A stretch of 31,305 bases of DNA. It comes from DHVE2 group archaeon (lineage in GTDB: Archaea; Thermoplasmatota; Thermoplasmata; Thermoplasmatales; Aciduliprofundaceae). Shown in pieces: positions 17,201 to 25,898 of this stretch. The position numbers were made by a program, and so were the translations under genes. Numbering within the stretch: the stretch's first letter is position 1; the number at the start of each line of letters is the position of its first letter. Below the pieces are notes generated by a model. It did no database searches. It had not been told where the DNA came from and saw nothing but the letters and a program-made list of their open reading frames with translations. The stretch is from contig JALWEL010000144.1 in NCBI GenBank assembly GCA_027014065.1, positions 1 through 31,305 on the forward strand. Reading direction: 5' to 3'.

Positions 17201-20200
17201 CCATTTACAAACGTTACGTTTCCTGTTATGTATGAGGGAGTAATGGGGATATCTTTTGTGAGATTCTGTCCGGAGCTCAGAGATATATTTTCCACACCTT
17301 TAAAGTATCGTCCGTTTAAAATCACATCCGCTGTGTATGTGTGGGGAGCTATATTTTTTATACTGTACATCCCATTTGTTATTGGCGAGGTCTTATTGAA
17401 CCCGTAGGTATTATTTCTCAGCACGAATATGCCGGTATTTATCTTTACATCCCCCTTATCAAACCTGTTATCTCCGTTTACATCGAAATATACGATACCA
17501 TCTAAGTTTGCCGGTTTGATTGTTATATCTTTCTCAATAACGTAATTTGGCTTGAGGCGCATTGCCTGTTCCTCACTCACATTTATTTTTCCGCTGTAAA
17601 GAATGGTCTGTTCAATCATTTTTAGTTTGTTCAATTTCCCGTTAGTGGAAACAATCAACGTTAAATTGCCCGCCACGGCAGGTATTCTATATCTCCCATT
17701 TGAGTCTGTGAAAACGGAAACATGGGGTATTCCGTATTCATCCAGGAGAGTTACCCTCACGTGTCTTGCGGGCTCCCCGTTGGATAATTTCACCACACCT
17801 TTTACTATTGCGCCTTCGTAGAATTTGACCATAACCACATCGTTTGGCAGTACCTGGTACGCGGGAGGATTCAGCTCCACCACGCCCTTATTCTCGTTCT
17901 GATATTTTAGAGCCAAATCGATTGGTATGGGCTTCCAATCTTTCGTGTGATTTTGGTAGTCTTTATATGGATTCCAGTATGCAGTTCTGTATACCAATTT
18001 GAAGTGGGCCATGTCCCATGCCTGCATGGGATAATAATTGTAGAGACTCGGTGAAATACCCGGGATACCATCGCTGGCCCCTACGTCCTGTCCGGAATAT
18101 CCTATGAACGTCTTATAAAGCATGCTGTGGTAAAACATGGGTTTGTATTCTATCTTGTAGTCAACGATCCTCACATTTCCAGGAACCTTGTCTAAATCGT
18201 ACTCATTGCCGTACTGGTCTACTGCTTTAAGGGTGTAGAAATCATAAGGTACAACGGTACCTCCGTATTCGTGTATTCTTCTATCTCCCAACTTCGCGGG
18301 GGCGTAGAATATTCCCGTGTTTCTCCCGGAGAATGGGAACAGACGATAATCGATTGCAAAGTACCTTATGTCTTTACCCGTGTAATTTCTCACATCATCG
18401 TACAGGCTGATTAAGAACGTCTCGGAGTGATGTGCGAACATACCTTTGAGGTACGCGTATTTTGTATTTGTATCTGATATATCTTTCTCGTAGTATCCGT
18501 AGTAATCAGGATTGTTGAGCACAACGTCCCTGTATTTTCCCGGGTTTTTCATAACATCTCTAATTTTTTCTACATCTTCCGCTGAGAAGTATTTGTACAA
18601 AATATTTACCATACCCTGCGAGAACTGGTCATGATGTGTTTTGTAGTCTCCCTCCATCAATCTTATTGTGAAAAGAGAGATCACTTCGCTCTCGTTCTGG
18701 GCCGTAATGATTTGGGCGGCCATCTGATATCCGTTCTGGAAGTTGTCCGCCACTGCAGGGTGCTGGCCCTGTCTTATGGCCGAGAACCCGTAGTCCCACC
18801 ATGACACGAAAGCGGGCCTATCTTCAGGTATTGTGCGATTATCCTGTTCCCGTAACCATTTCCATGCCCTCTCCCATGGATATTCTGGCTTGGGTAGAGA
18901 GTAACCGAATGCACCCAAGTACCACGGTGAAGATTTGTTATATGTGGTTTCGTTAGGCCTCATAAAAGAAGGCATTGCGTTGTAAATCTGCTTATCATAG
19001 GTCTTCTTGGTTTCGTAAGGAATGCCGGCGTCTATGGCGCTCCACACCGTTGGGACAACTAATAAGAATGCGAGAACTAAAACGAACGCTACCTGCGAAA
19101 ATTTCATGGCGGATTTTAGCTTCTTTTTCCAGCTCCCCTGATACTTTCTGTATTCTTCAAAACTTTCCCTGAATCTCAGAACGTCTAAGAGCCAAATCAC
19201 ACCTATGGCTGCCGTTAGTGCAAAGGCGGGGGAAGCGTTGAATATGAAACGAGCTGCGGATATTGCCATGTATACGGCGATTATCGAGTAGAATACAAAG
19301 AAGAGGTAGTATTCTTCCTTCTCTTTTTTAACCAGGTAGAGAATCCAGATTATCCCCCCAAACGCAAGCAAAAATATTGCCACCCCGAATGACATTGCCA
19401 AATATCCGAGTGTGGCAGGTTGCGCCTCTGCGATCGTAGAGTACAATTTACTCTTGACGAAATACCCCTGCCCGCTGGCAATCAGAGCCCAGTAGTCTGG
19501 GAGGAATATGTTTATTAATACTAATCCTGCACCTATAATGATCGCCGAGATGCCAAATACCAAAGGCCATGGGTATTTTCCAGTCACTTCCAAGATTATT
19601 CCCACCAATAGAACTCCCCCAATCAATATGAGGGGTACATCAAACCAATTTTTTATGGTATGCGTTATGAAGTACCACGGGAACGCCAATCCGAACGCCG
19701 AGAGTATAAATATGCCCATTATCATTACTATATGGAGCAGCGATTTGTTCCTGAATCTGTTGATGAATACCTGTACGATTAGATAAATAGATAAGATGGC
19801 AATTGCATAAGTGTATCCTTTCCAGGCGAGGGCCAGGGCCCCAATGGACACCCCTGAGAGGGCTGCGTAAATCATGGATTCTTTGTTCTCTTTGAAATAT
19901 TCACTCAAACCATTTTTGACGGATTCTTTGTTGAACCAGTCCTTTATCCAGTACTTATAATGCACGGTTTTCAGAGCTCTGAGGAAGAAATAGAATGAGA
20001 ACACGATGAAAAACAGGTCGAACGCGTCCCAGTCTGCCTGAGTGGCAACGCTCCTGGTGATTGATGCGGGCATGATCGCGAGGAAGAAAGCCGCCAGCAA
20101 ACCAGCTTTTTTGCTGAAAGCCTCCTTCCCCAATAGATATACGGGTATCACGGTGAGTGAGCCCCATATTGCGGGGAAAAGTATTAGTGAAAGTAAAGCT

Positions 20201-20544
20201 GCGTTGTATATGTTGTTGCCCATGAAAGGCGCAAACAGGAACCCTAACATTACGATTCCCCAGTGGAACAGCGGAGGTCTCGGGTTAATGCTGCCGATGG
20301 GGTAATTGAGCATGGGGTCATTTATCATCTGGTGTTTTGAATTCAAAATATAATCTATAATTCTCTCGTGATAATACGAGTCAGAACCACCGGACACCGC
20401 GTAGCCGTACTGAATAGCAGGTCCTACTGCCCAGTATATCCTGATGAACAGAGCTAAGGCTACTATCAAGCCCAGTATCACCGGAATCCGAAGTTTGTCC
20501 CACTGAATACCATGTTGTTTTTTACCAATCTTTAGCCCGGGCAT
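14281..20544 (-). CDS. aglB: Oligosaccharyltransferase AglB (STT3) fused to a long chain of carboxypeptidase-regulatory-like/NEW3 Ig domains and a C-terminal TM
   Basis: Multi-TM N-terminus with 'DSYYH', 'ADWD', 'TIAEAQP', 'SWWDYG' and 'DNFQ'. Repeated 'G-V-x4-G-P-A...TDxNGxY' beta-sandwich units follow. ATG 20544 is preferred because GGTGAG lies upstream; ATG 20574 is the alternative. Confidence 0.93.
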   Translation of the reverse strand: MPGLKIGKKQHGIQWDKLRIPVILGLIVALALFIRIYWAVGPAIQYGYAVSGGSDSYYHERIIDYILNSKHQMINDPMLNYPIGSINPRPPLFHWGIVMLGFLFAPFMGNNIYNAALLSLILFPAIWGSLTVIPVYLLGKEAFSKKAGLLAAFFLAIMPASITRSVATQADWDAFDLFFIVFSFYFFLRALKTVHYKYWIKDWFNKESVKNGLSEYFKENKESMIYAALSGVSIGALALAWKGYTYAIAILSIYLIVQVFINRFRNKSLLHIVMIMGIFILSAFGLAFPWYFITHTIKNWFDVPLILIGGVLLVGIILEVTGKYPWPLVFGISAIIIGAGLVLINIFLPDYWALIASGQGYFVKSKLYSTIAEAQPATLGYLAMSFGVAIFLLAFGGIIWILYLVKKEKEEYYLFFVFYSIIAVYMAISAARFIFNASPAFALTAAIGVIWLLDVLRFRESFEEYRKYQGSWKKKLKSAMKFSQVAFVLVLAFLLVVPTVWSAIDAGIPYETKKTYDKQIYNAMPSFMRPNETTYNKSSPWYLGAFGYSLPKPEYPWERAWKWLREQDNRTIPEDRPAFVSWWDYGFSAIRQGQHPAVADNFQNGYQMAAQIITAQNESEVISLFTIRLMEGDYKTHHDQFSQGMVNILYKYFSAEDVEKIRDVMKNPGKYRDVVLNNPDYYGYYEKDISDTNTKYAYLKGMFAHHSETFLISLYDDVRNYTGKDIRYFAIDYRLFPFSGRNTGIFYAPAKLGDRRIHEYGGTVVPYDFYTLKAVDQYGNEYDLDKVPGNVRIVDYKIEYKPMFYHSMLYKTFIGYSGQDVGASDGIPGISPSLYNYYPMQAWDMAHFKLVYRTAYWNPYKDYQNHTKDWKPIPIDLALKYQNENKGVVELNPPAYQVLPNDVVMVKFYEGAIVKGVVKLSNGEPARHVRVTLLDEYGIPHVSVFTDSNGRYRIPAVAGNLTLIVSTNGKLNKLKMIEQTILYSGKINVSEEQAMRLKPNYVIEKDITIKPANLDGIVYFDVNGDNRFDKGDVKINTGIFVLRNNTYGFNKTSPITNGMYSIKNIAPHTYTADVILNGRYFKGVENISLSSGQNLTKDIPITPSYITGNVTFVNGTPANNATVELKGIYAKYHVNTDENGSFKVMVVPDNYTVVASIGEFKSSNQIVIVNLWNYTTSVNLTLRHAFKLSGRATFEGIPAGHLTIKITSELLPHDIYIISTDGKGYFNIKIPGGIYTIYTTGYVNNKRIAYLNTINLNGNMNMNLHLKEAYKIYGYVHVDAKVKNPEVGIYGENTFYRAFANGTNYFEVYLPAGKYVIGSVGFTDNRTPYFGREIIHVSSNRYVDVTLHRAYNVTGTVYFDKNNNNKVDPGEIIDNGLVCLYDSQGIYEIRNIPPDGNFTMPTTIDYKIKTILWGYNQTSVSYGKFVKVKVAPSMTHVSGILSRGNMVNNIPVNIRFKSADNYTQEVYGVTSKYSVYLPPGNYTVSIFGYNRTYQIQTGKLVVHQGFAQQTFNITFKAYAHVMIVSQADHVSWFKNGRNITSGKVKDILIGKYTIYATNETSANMISVDIEENATIEVPLYPAYSVTFNIVNYSPDTPVNVRNGSAYITATGMVRLPAGYYNFTITKTKVENGNYYVYHALNETEIRSNTTVTLNVIKTNILTDLKGKLTGADEFGNCVIRFISLERYASNETAVTDATGNYEIHLTPGHYMMYTYFISGNNKYANISEVYVSGKEMHLNISMEKGYVISGATYLKGERVNTIIHISVEKATIDIPSYGYYWVILPKGEYRIRASVSRVEYGLNITYYFDEKINITGDMAYDIHLKRDTSHIIDAKVISADALVNPNGTMGITMRISNEGNIAENVSFEGVNGWEIKNKEKYTLYPGENKMVSLILQVPKSAKYGENSLQIRVVFSGLSQDITIHTNVTARYETYLKENMIGWDNNSLVYVVNIENKGNLRVNYTLSVLNGMELKDKGWNIVILVNGEKRNWVNLSAGQSYKVKIIATATTKNPSLVEPVELSAFDGKKDNVVKLQLYSPEIGHSSLYVVGENVHNYTGIEIEDYYYWVWGAAIALAVAILIVGRYRR

Positions 20545-20576
20545 GTTACTCACCGAATCAAAGCGGTATTGCATTT

Positions 20577-20584
20577 CTTATAAA
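20577..20584 (-). promoter_or_regulatory. Putative TATA box of the aglB operon
   Basis: TTTATAAG on minus, about 33 nt upstream of ATG 20544. Confidence 0.4.
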
Positions 20585-20642
20585 AAACTTATCGATGTGC
20601 CATTTTTTCAATATTTCACGTGAAAAAAGCAATAATTGGGGG

Positions 20643-21641
20643 TTAGGGAACGATGTATACAACATCGTCAATTCTCACTATTCGGACGCTCTTTCCATCT
20701 TCCACGGGCATTTCGCTAACAATCTCTATGATATTGTTGTCTTTGTCCATCAGTTGCACCTCGTTGCCTCGGGAGTAGATGACCATCGCACTCTCTATCT
20801 CTTCTCCCCTTTCCACCAATTTTATTTTGTGTTTCTTCGAATCCACATTTCTCCTTTTGCCAGTGTTTAGGTGTTTGGCTCTTATGAACGAATCGCTTAT
20901 TTCTTCTACCACGTAGTAATTTCCCTCGATTTCCACGATATCCCCAATTCTGTACGGTGGGAAGCGCACCGCGTACGTTACCCGATAAAGATCACGCCCG
21001 TCCTTTCTTCCGGCTATCTGTGGGGATTCTTTCAGCGTTGCTCCGTATTTGTGGCATATCTCCCTCGCTATTTTTTTAGCTTCTCTCTTATCGCTTAAAT
21101 AGAGATCCCACCCCTCCCTTTTCTCCACTTCTTTTGTGAGGAATAAATTTTCGTTTTTTCTGGCGTAGTGCTCTATTCTTCCGTATGTGAAATCAAGAAT
21201 ATTTTTCTTCTCTCCTTCCCTCATGTCTCTGAGTTGAATTATGGCTTCGAAGTAATTTCCGAAGAACCTGTTGCATCGCGGGCAAGATTCGTATTTTACG
21301 TGGAATTCTATTAGGTGTGTTTCTTTCGCCTTCAAGTCTCCATATTTTATTTCAATTTCCACTTCCACATCGAATGTCCCATCAATTTCCCCATGCTTTA
21401 TGGTGTAGGAATAAGAATCGTACTCGTGCCCAAAAACTATGCTCTTCTCCACAATTTTTCTTATTGCTTCCTCCATGGATATATGTTCCCAATGGCTTCC
21501 GAGCTTTATTGCGTGACAATGGGGGCACATGGTTATTTCGAGGTACTTCGGCAGAGAGGTGAATTTAACCTTCTTTAAGAAGCATTCTTCGCACAGACCA
21601 TCGTATTTTGCCTCTCTCTTTCCGCATTCTAAACACAGCAT
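20643..21641 (-). CDS. nmd3: NMD3-family ribosome biogenesis protein (archaeal Nmd3)
   Basis: Four CxxC pairs (CLEC, CEEC, CPHC, CPRC), 'YFEAIIQLR' and 'GRKDGRDLYRVTYAVR'. The MLCLEC start at 21641 is preferred. Confidence 0.9.
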   Translation of the reverse strand: MLCLECGKREAKYDGLCEECFLKKVKFTSLPKYLEITMCPHCHAIKLGSHWEHISMEEAIRKIVEKSIVFGHEYDSYSYTIKHGEIDGTFDVEVEIEIKYGDLKAKETHLIEFHVKYESCPRCNRFFGNYFEAIIQLRDMREGEKKNILDFTYGRIEHYARKNENLFLTKEVEKREGWDLYLSDKREAKKIAREICHKYGATLKESPQIAGRKDGRDLYRVTYAVRFPPYRIGDIVEIEGNYYVVEEISDSFIRAKHLNTGKRRNVDSKKHKIKLVERGEEIESAMVIYSRGNEVQLMDKDNNIIEIVSEMPVEDGKSVRIVRIDDVVYIVP

Positions 21642-21740
21642 ATTATGTGAGCACCATAAAGACAAGGATAAATACCTTTTCCATGCTACGTGCTATCACG
21701 AAAATTTTATCTTTTGCACAGGCATGCACGGCCGCGTTCC

Positions 21741-21753
21741 AAAAGTTTATATA
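21741..21753 (+). promoter_or_regulatory. BRE/TATA for the DUF6015-ABCE1-RaSEA operon
   Basis: AAAAG followed by TTTATATA (21746-21753). SD GGAGTGA at 21782-21788. Confidence 0.55.
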
Positions 21754-21794
21754 CTTAAATTCCGTAATATCACAATTAGAAGGAGTGAATGCTT

Positions 21795-22196
21795 GTGGAA
21801 GAGGAATACGATGATGTAATAATCACAATTGATGTATTCGCGAAAGCGATACAGAACGGACTCAGCAGGCCTCGGAGAACCCTCAGTTTCGAGGAGGCAA
21901 CTATGACGGCAATGCACATTCTAAACTTTTTCGGCTTCGGAGATAGAATTATAGACAACATGCTGGAGCCCGAAGACAGGGACACATTCTACATGTTGGA
22001 GGACCTAGATATATTAGAGACCGAGCGCGAAGAAACGACGCTGTGGGACGGCAGAGAGTGGCGCATACACTACTGGGTTCTCAACAAGGAGAGAATCATG
22101 AGATTGGCGGCCGGCGAAGTGGAAGAGAAGGTGGAAGTGGAAGACATTGGAGAAGTTTACGAAGAGATACCCGATGAAATATGGGCAAGATATTGA
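21795..22196 (+). CDS. Thermoplasmata conserved protein (DUF6015-like)
   Basis: 'LNFFGFGDRIIDNMLEPEDRDTFYMLEDLDILETEREETTLWDGREWRIHYW' resembles DUF6015. GTG 21795 fits SD spacing better than ATG 21789. Confidence 0.7.
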   Translation: MEEEYDDVIITIDVFAKAIQNGLSRPRRTLSFEEATMTAMHILNFFGFGDRIIDNMLEPEDRDTFYMLEDLDILETEREETTLWDGREWRIHYWVLNKERIMRLAAGEVEEKVEVEDIGEVYEEIPDEIWARY

Positions 22197-22205
22197 GGTG
22201 TTTTT

Positions 22206-23972
22206 ATGCACATTGCAGTTATTATCCATGACCGATGTCAGTTTAAAAAGTGCAACTACGAATGCCGTACCTACTGCCCGCCCGTGAGGATGGGCACGGA
22301 AACGGTGGTGATAACGGAGAGTGGGTATCCTAAAATAATCGAAGAATTGTGCGAGGGATGCGGAATCTGCGTTCATAAATGTCCCTTCGAAGCGGTGAAG
22401 ATAATAGGATTGCCAGAGGAACTGAACGAGGATTTGATACATCAGTATGGGGAGAACGGATTCCGTCTTTATCGGCTTCCGAGGGTTCACAAGGATAGGA
22501 TCGTCGGTATATTGGGGCCAAACGGCATAGGAAAATCCACCGCGCTTAAGATTTTATCCGGAAATTTAGTTCCGAATCTAGGCCGTTATTCAGAAAATGT
22601 AACATGGGACGATGTGATTTCCTATTTCTCTGGCACGGAAATGGCCGATTATTTCTCAAAATTGAGGGATGGGGAATTGAAGACCGTTATGAAGCCCCAG
22701 TACGTGGATAAGATACCCATGGTTTTCAAAGGCCGCGTTTCAGAGCTTCTCAAAAAATCCGATTTGAACGGAAATTTGGACGAAATCGCCTCTCTATTGG
22801 GCATCGAGAACACTTTGAATCGCGATATAGAGAAGATAAGCGGTGGAGAGCTGCAGAGCGTGGCCATCGCGGCCGCTTTGCTGAAAGACGGGGATGTTTA
22901 TTTCTTCGACGAGCCCAGCAGTTATCTGGACATATATCAGCGTTTGAGGGTTGCCCGTGTTATAAAGGAGCTAGCTTCCAAAAAGATAGTTTTCGTGGTT
23001 GAGCATGATCTTGCCATAATGGATTTCATAGCGGACGTGGTGCACATAATGTACGGAAGCGAGAGCGCATACGGAATAGTTGCCAACGTCCGAAACACAA
23101 GAAATGCCATAAACACGTATTTAGAAGGATATTTGAGAGATGAGAACATAAGGTTCCGCGACTGGAAAATTGAGTTTGTGGCGCATCCGCCGAAGAGGAA
23201 GAGCGAGCTTCCCGTGCTGATTTCATGGGATTTCATCGAGAAGAAATACGAGAATTTTCATTTAGAGGTGAATCCCGGGGAGATTCGAGTGGGCGAGGTT
23301 GTGGGTGTAGTCGGCCCAAATGCTACGGGTAAAACCACATTCGTGAAGATTCTGGCGGGAGTGGTGAAATCCGATAGAGGTGGCGTGGATAACGAAATCA
23401 AGGTGAGCTATAAACCGCAATACATAAAGAGCGATTACGATGGCACCGTGGAAGAGCTTTTGAATTTCACCCTGAAGGAGAGAATGCTCAACAATTTTTA
23501 CCGTGCGGAAGTTTTGCACCCTCTTAGAATAAAATACCTCTACAACAAAGAGGTGAAGAATCTTTCCGGAGGCGAGATGCAGCGATTGGCCATAGCCATC
23601 GCCCTGGGGTTGGAGGCGGATATTTATCTTTTAGACGAGCCCTCGGCGTATCTGGATTCCAACGAGAGAATGGTGGCTGCGAAGGTGATCAGAAGATACA
23701 TGGAGAATTTGGGAAAGAGCGCAATGATAGTGGACCACGATGTTTATTTCATGGACATAGTGGCGGACAGCATAATGGTCTTCTCGGGAGAGCCGGGTAG
23801 GCATGGCGTGGGGAATGGCCCATTTTCAATGAGAGAAGGGATGAACATGTTTTTGAAGAACGTGGACATAACTTTCAGGAGAGATGGAGATACAAATCGA
23901 CCGAGAATTAACAAGCCGGACAGCTACAACGACAGAGAGCAGAAAAACAAGGGGGAATACTACTATGCATAA
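22206..23972 (+). CDS. rli: Ribosome recycling ATPase ABCE1/RLI
   Basis: N-terminal 2x[4Fe-4S] Cys pattern (CQFKKCNYECRTYCP, CEGCGICVHKCP) and two ABC domains (GPNGIGKS/SGGE, GPNATGKT/SGGE). C-terminal 'RPRINKPDS'. Confidence 0.97.
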   Translation: MHIAVIIHDRCQFKKCNYECRTYCPPVRMGTETVVITESGYPKIIEELCEGCGICVHKCPFEAVKIIGLPEELNEDLIHQYGENGFRLYRLPRVHKDRIVGILGPNGIGKSTALKILSGNLVPNLGRYSENVTWDDVISYFSGTEMADYFSKLRDGELKTVMKPQYVDKIPMVFKGRVSELLKKSDLNGNLDEIASLLGIENTLNRDIEKISGGELQSVAIAAALLKDGDVYFFDEPSSYLDIYQRLRVARVIKELASKKIVFVVEHDLAIMDFIADVVHIMYGSESAYGIVANVRNTRNAINTYLEGYLRDENIRFRDWKIEFVAHPPKRKSELPVLISWDFIEKKYENFHLEVNPGEIRVGEVVGVVGPNATGKTTFVKILAGVVKSDRGGVDNEIKVSYKPQYIKSDYDGTVEELLNFTLKERMLNNFYRAEVLHPLRIKYLYNKEVKNLSGGEMQRLAIAIALGLEADIYLLDEPSAYLDSNERMVAAKVIRRYMENLGKSAMIVDHDVYFMDIVADSIMVFSGEPGRHGVGNGPFSMREGMNMFLKNVDITFRRDGDTNRPRINKPDSYNDREQKNKGEYYYA

Positions 23973-24972
23973 CAACGTGGTTCAACTTATAAGGGAATTG
24001 AGGAGGGAGAGCAGGAGAGAAGAGAAAAAAAATCTCATAGGTGCGTGGGGTGAGAAAGACAGGCTGAAAGGGGAAGTTGTAGATTCCTTCGTGATCATAC
24101 TCAGAACCCCGGGCTGCAAGTGGGCCAAGATATCCGGATGCTCAATGTGCGGCTACTACAACGACACGAGCCCAAACATAACTGAAGAGGATTTGATGAC
24201 ACAGATAGCGGAGGCGAAGAAGAAATATCGGGGGGAGAAATTGGTGAAGATATACACTTCCGGGAGTTTTCTGGACGACAACGAAGTTCCGGAGAGGGTG
24301 CAGAGAGGAATGCTGGACGAATTCAGCGGAGCGGAGAGGGTTATAGTTGAGACCCGCCCAGAGTTCATCAGAGGGGGGAAATTAAAAATGCTCAGAGAAT
24401 ACGGAAACGTGATGGTTGCGTTGGGCTTAGAGAGTGCCAACGATGAAACCCTATTATTTCGGATAAACAAGGGTTTCTTGGTGAGGCATTACGTAGCCGC
24501 CGCGGAGAAGTTGATGGAGAATAAAATTCCCATAAAATCGTACGTTCTTCTCAAACCTCCGTTTATGACGGAGGCGGAAGCGATAGAGGAAGCAATAGAC
24601 ACGATAAAATTCGCATCGAAATATTCCGAAACGATATCTTTGAATCCGATGAATATCCAGCGAAACACATTGGTAGAATATCTTTGGAGCAGGGGAGAAT
24701 ACCGCGCTCCGTGGCTCTGGAGCGTTGTGGAAGTTCTTAAGAAAACTTACGGAATTGGAGAAGTTATATCGTATCCAACCGCCGGAGGGACGCGCAGGGG
24801 CGCGCACAACTGCGGAAAATGCGACGAAAAAGTGCTTAAGGGAATATACGAGTTTTCTTGGCATCAGGACATATCTTATCTCGAAGATTTGAATTGCAAA
24901 TGCCGCGAGAACTGGGAGAAAATCGTAAAATTCGGGGAATATTTCTGGGATCACACAATAGAAAAAAATTAA
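23965..24972 (+). CDS. raSEA: Archaeosine biosynthesis radical SAM protein RaSEA
   Basis: 'IILRTPGCKWAKISGCSMCGY' (Cx7CxxC), 'KIYTSGSFLD', 'ETRPE', 'GLESA', 'YVLLKPPF', 'PWLWS' and 'GAHNCGKCD'. The true ATG is 23965, overlapping the ABCE1 stop; the ORF-track start at 23884 lies inside ABCE1. Confidence 0.9.
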   Translation: MHNNVVQLIRELRRESRREEKKNLIGAWGEKDRLKGEVVDSFVIILRTPGCKWAKISGCSMCGYYNDTSPNITEEDLMTQIAEAKKKYRGEKLVKIYTSGSFLDDNEVPERVQRGMLDEFSGAERVIVETRPEFIRGGKLKMLREYGNVMVALGLESANDETLLFRINKGFLVRHYVAAAEKLMENKIPIKSYVLLKPPFMTEAEAIEEAIDTIKFASKYSETISLNPMNIQRNTLVEYLWSRGEYRAPWLWSVVEVLKKTYGIGEVISYPTAGGTRRGAHNCGKCDEKVLKGIYEFSWHQDISYLEDLNCKCRENWEKIVKFGEYFWDHTIEKN

Positions 24973-24981
24973 AAAATGTGT

Positions 24982-25440
24982 TCAGTTTTTGAACCAGTTT
25001 CTTATTGCCGGCCTGAATAGGTAAATCAGTATTATTATGCTCACTATTGTTCCGATGGGCACATTAAACAGGCCTATGATTGCGAATATCACTGCCCAGA
25101 GCCATGCTCCCTTCATTCCCTTCATCAATCCGCCGGCAATTCCGAAGTACAGGAAACCTATCAACCAAGAGCCAATCCAGCAACATGTGGTATTTAGAAA
25201 TACATTTGCCCATGGTACGTATCCTAGTTCATTTTGGAAATATCCTGCTAATGCCCACATGTAGAAGAATGGGTATATCAGCCACATTATTCCTCCGATT
25301 ATGTAGAGGATAGCTATTATTACCACTCCACCGGGGGTGTTGTTGGGTATTTCCGTTGGAATTCCTTGTGGTTTTACTCCCATATCCATTCCTTTATTTT
25401 CTGCGGTGTTTTTTTCCGCAGTTTTTTCTTCTTCAGTCAT
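24982..25440 (-). CDS. Small multi-pass membrane protein of unknown function
   Basis: Three to four hydrophobic segments and the C-terminal 'PIGTIVSIIILIYLFRPAIRNWF'. SD GGAGGTGA at 25445-25452 and TATATATA at about 25480-25487. Confidence 0.75.
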   Translation of the reverse strand: MTEEEKTAEKNTAENKGMDMGVKPQGIPTEIPNNTPGGVVIIAILYIIGGIMWLIYPFFYMWALAGYFQNELGYVPWANVFLNTTCCWIGSWLIGFLYFGIAGGLMKGMKGAWLWAVIFAIIGLFNVPIGTIVSIIILIYLFRPAIRNWFKN

Positions 25441-25520
25441 TTTTTCACCTCCAAAGGTGACCTTCTATACATATTTTCATATATATACTTTTTTGTTCAA
25501 ATTCGGGTAATTAAGATGGG

Positions 25521-25534
25521 GGAAAAATTAAATA
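25521..25534 (+). promoter_or_regulatory. BRE/TATA of tRNA-Leu
   Basis: GGAAAAA followed by TTAAATA, about 25 nt upstream of the tRNA 5' end. Confidence 0.65.
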
Positions 25535-25558
25535 ATCGTAGTTATTTTCTCGTACCGA

Positions 25559-25643
25559 GCGGGGGTTGCCGAGCTAGGTCAAAGGCGACAGACTCAAGAT
25601 CTGTTCCCGTAGGGGTTCGCCGGTTCGAATCCGGCCCCCCGCA
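25559..25643 (+). tRNA. trnL: tRNA-Leu(CAA), intronless, CCA not encoded
   Basis: Acceptor stem GCGGGGG/CCCCCGC plus discriminator A. Anticodon arm ACAGA-CTCAAGA-TCTGT. Long variable arm. T arm GCCGG-TTCGAAT-CCGGC. Confidence 0.97.
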
Positions 25644-25689
25644 CTGCGCTACGCTTGTGCAAGGGACGGTCTCGCATCCAAGATGCTCG

Positions 25690-25704
25690 TCCGGGCCCCC
25701 CGCA
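25690..25704 (+). repeat. Near-perfect duplicate of the tRNA-Leu 3' end
   Basis: TCCGGGCCCCCCGCA versus the tRNA's TCCGGCCCCCCGCA (25630-25643); one extra G. Confidence 0.55.
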
Positions 25705-25898
25705 TCCCTTCGGGTTTTGGATAGTTTTTGGCTTCTCTGCGATTTTGGTTTTGTTCTCTCCCTCTTTATGTTTTTGCGAAGGTGTTTTAAATTTGCTTTG
25801 GAGTAAATCTGAACAATGATTCCGTAACGATGTTAATAATATGCCAAAACCAGACTGGAGAGGAAAATTGAGTGAAAAAACAATAAAAAAGGAAAAAA

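Noticed and set aside
23884-23964. N-terminal extension of RaSEA in the ORF track
   Set aside because: It lies inside ABCE1. ATG 23965 with an SD-like GGGGGAA upstream is the plausible start.
25445-25460. TCACC/GGTGA hairpin that could mask the SD of the membrane-protein gene (RNA thermometer)
   Set aside because: Only 5 bp, and the TATA position (about 25480-25487) predicts a transcription start at about 25457, inside the 5' arm.
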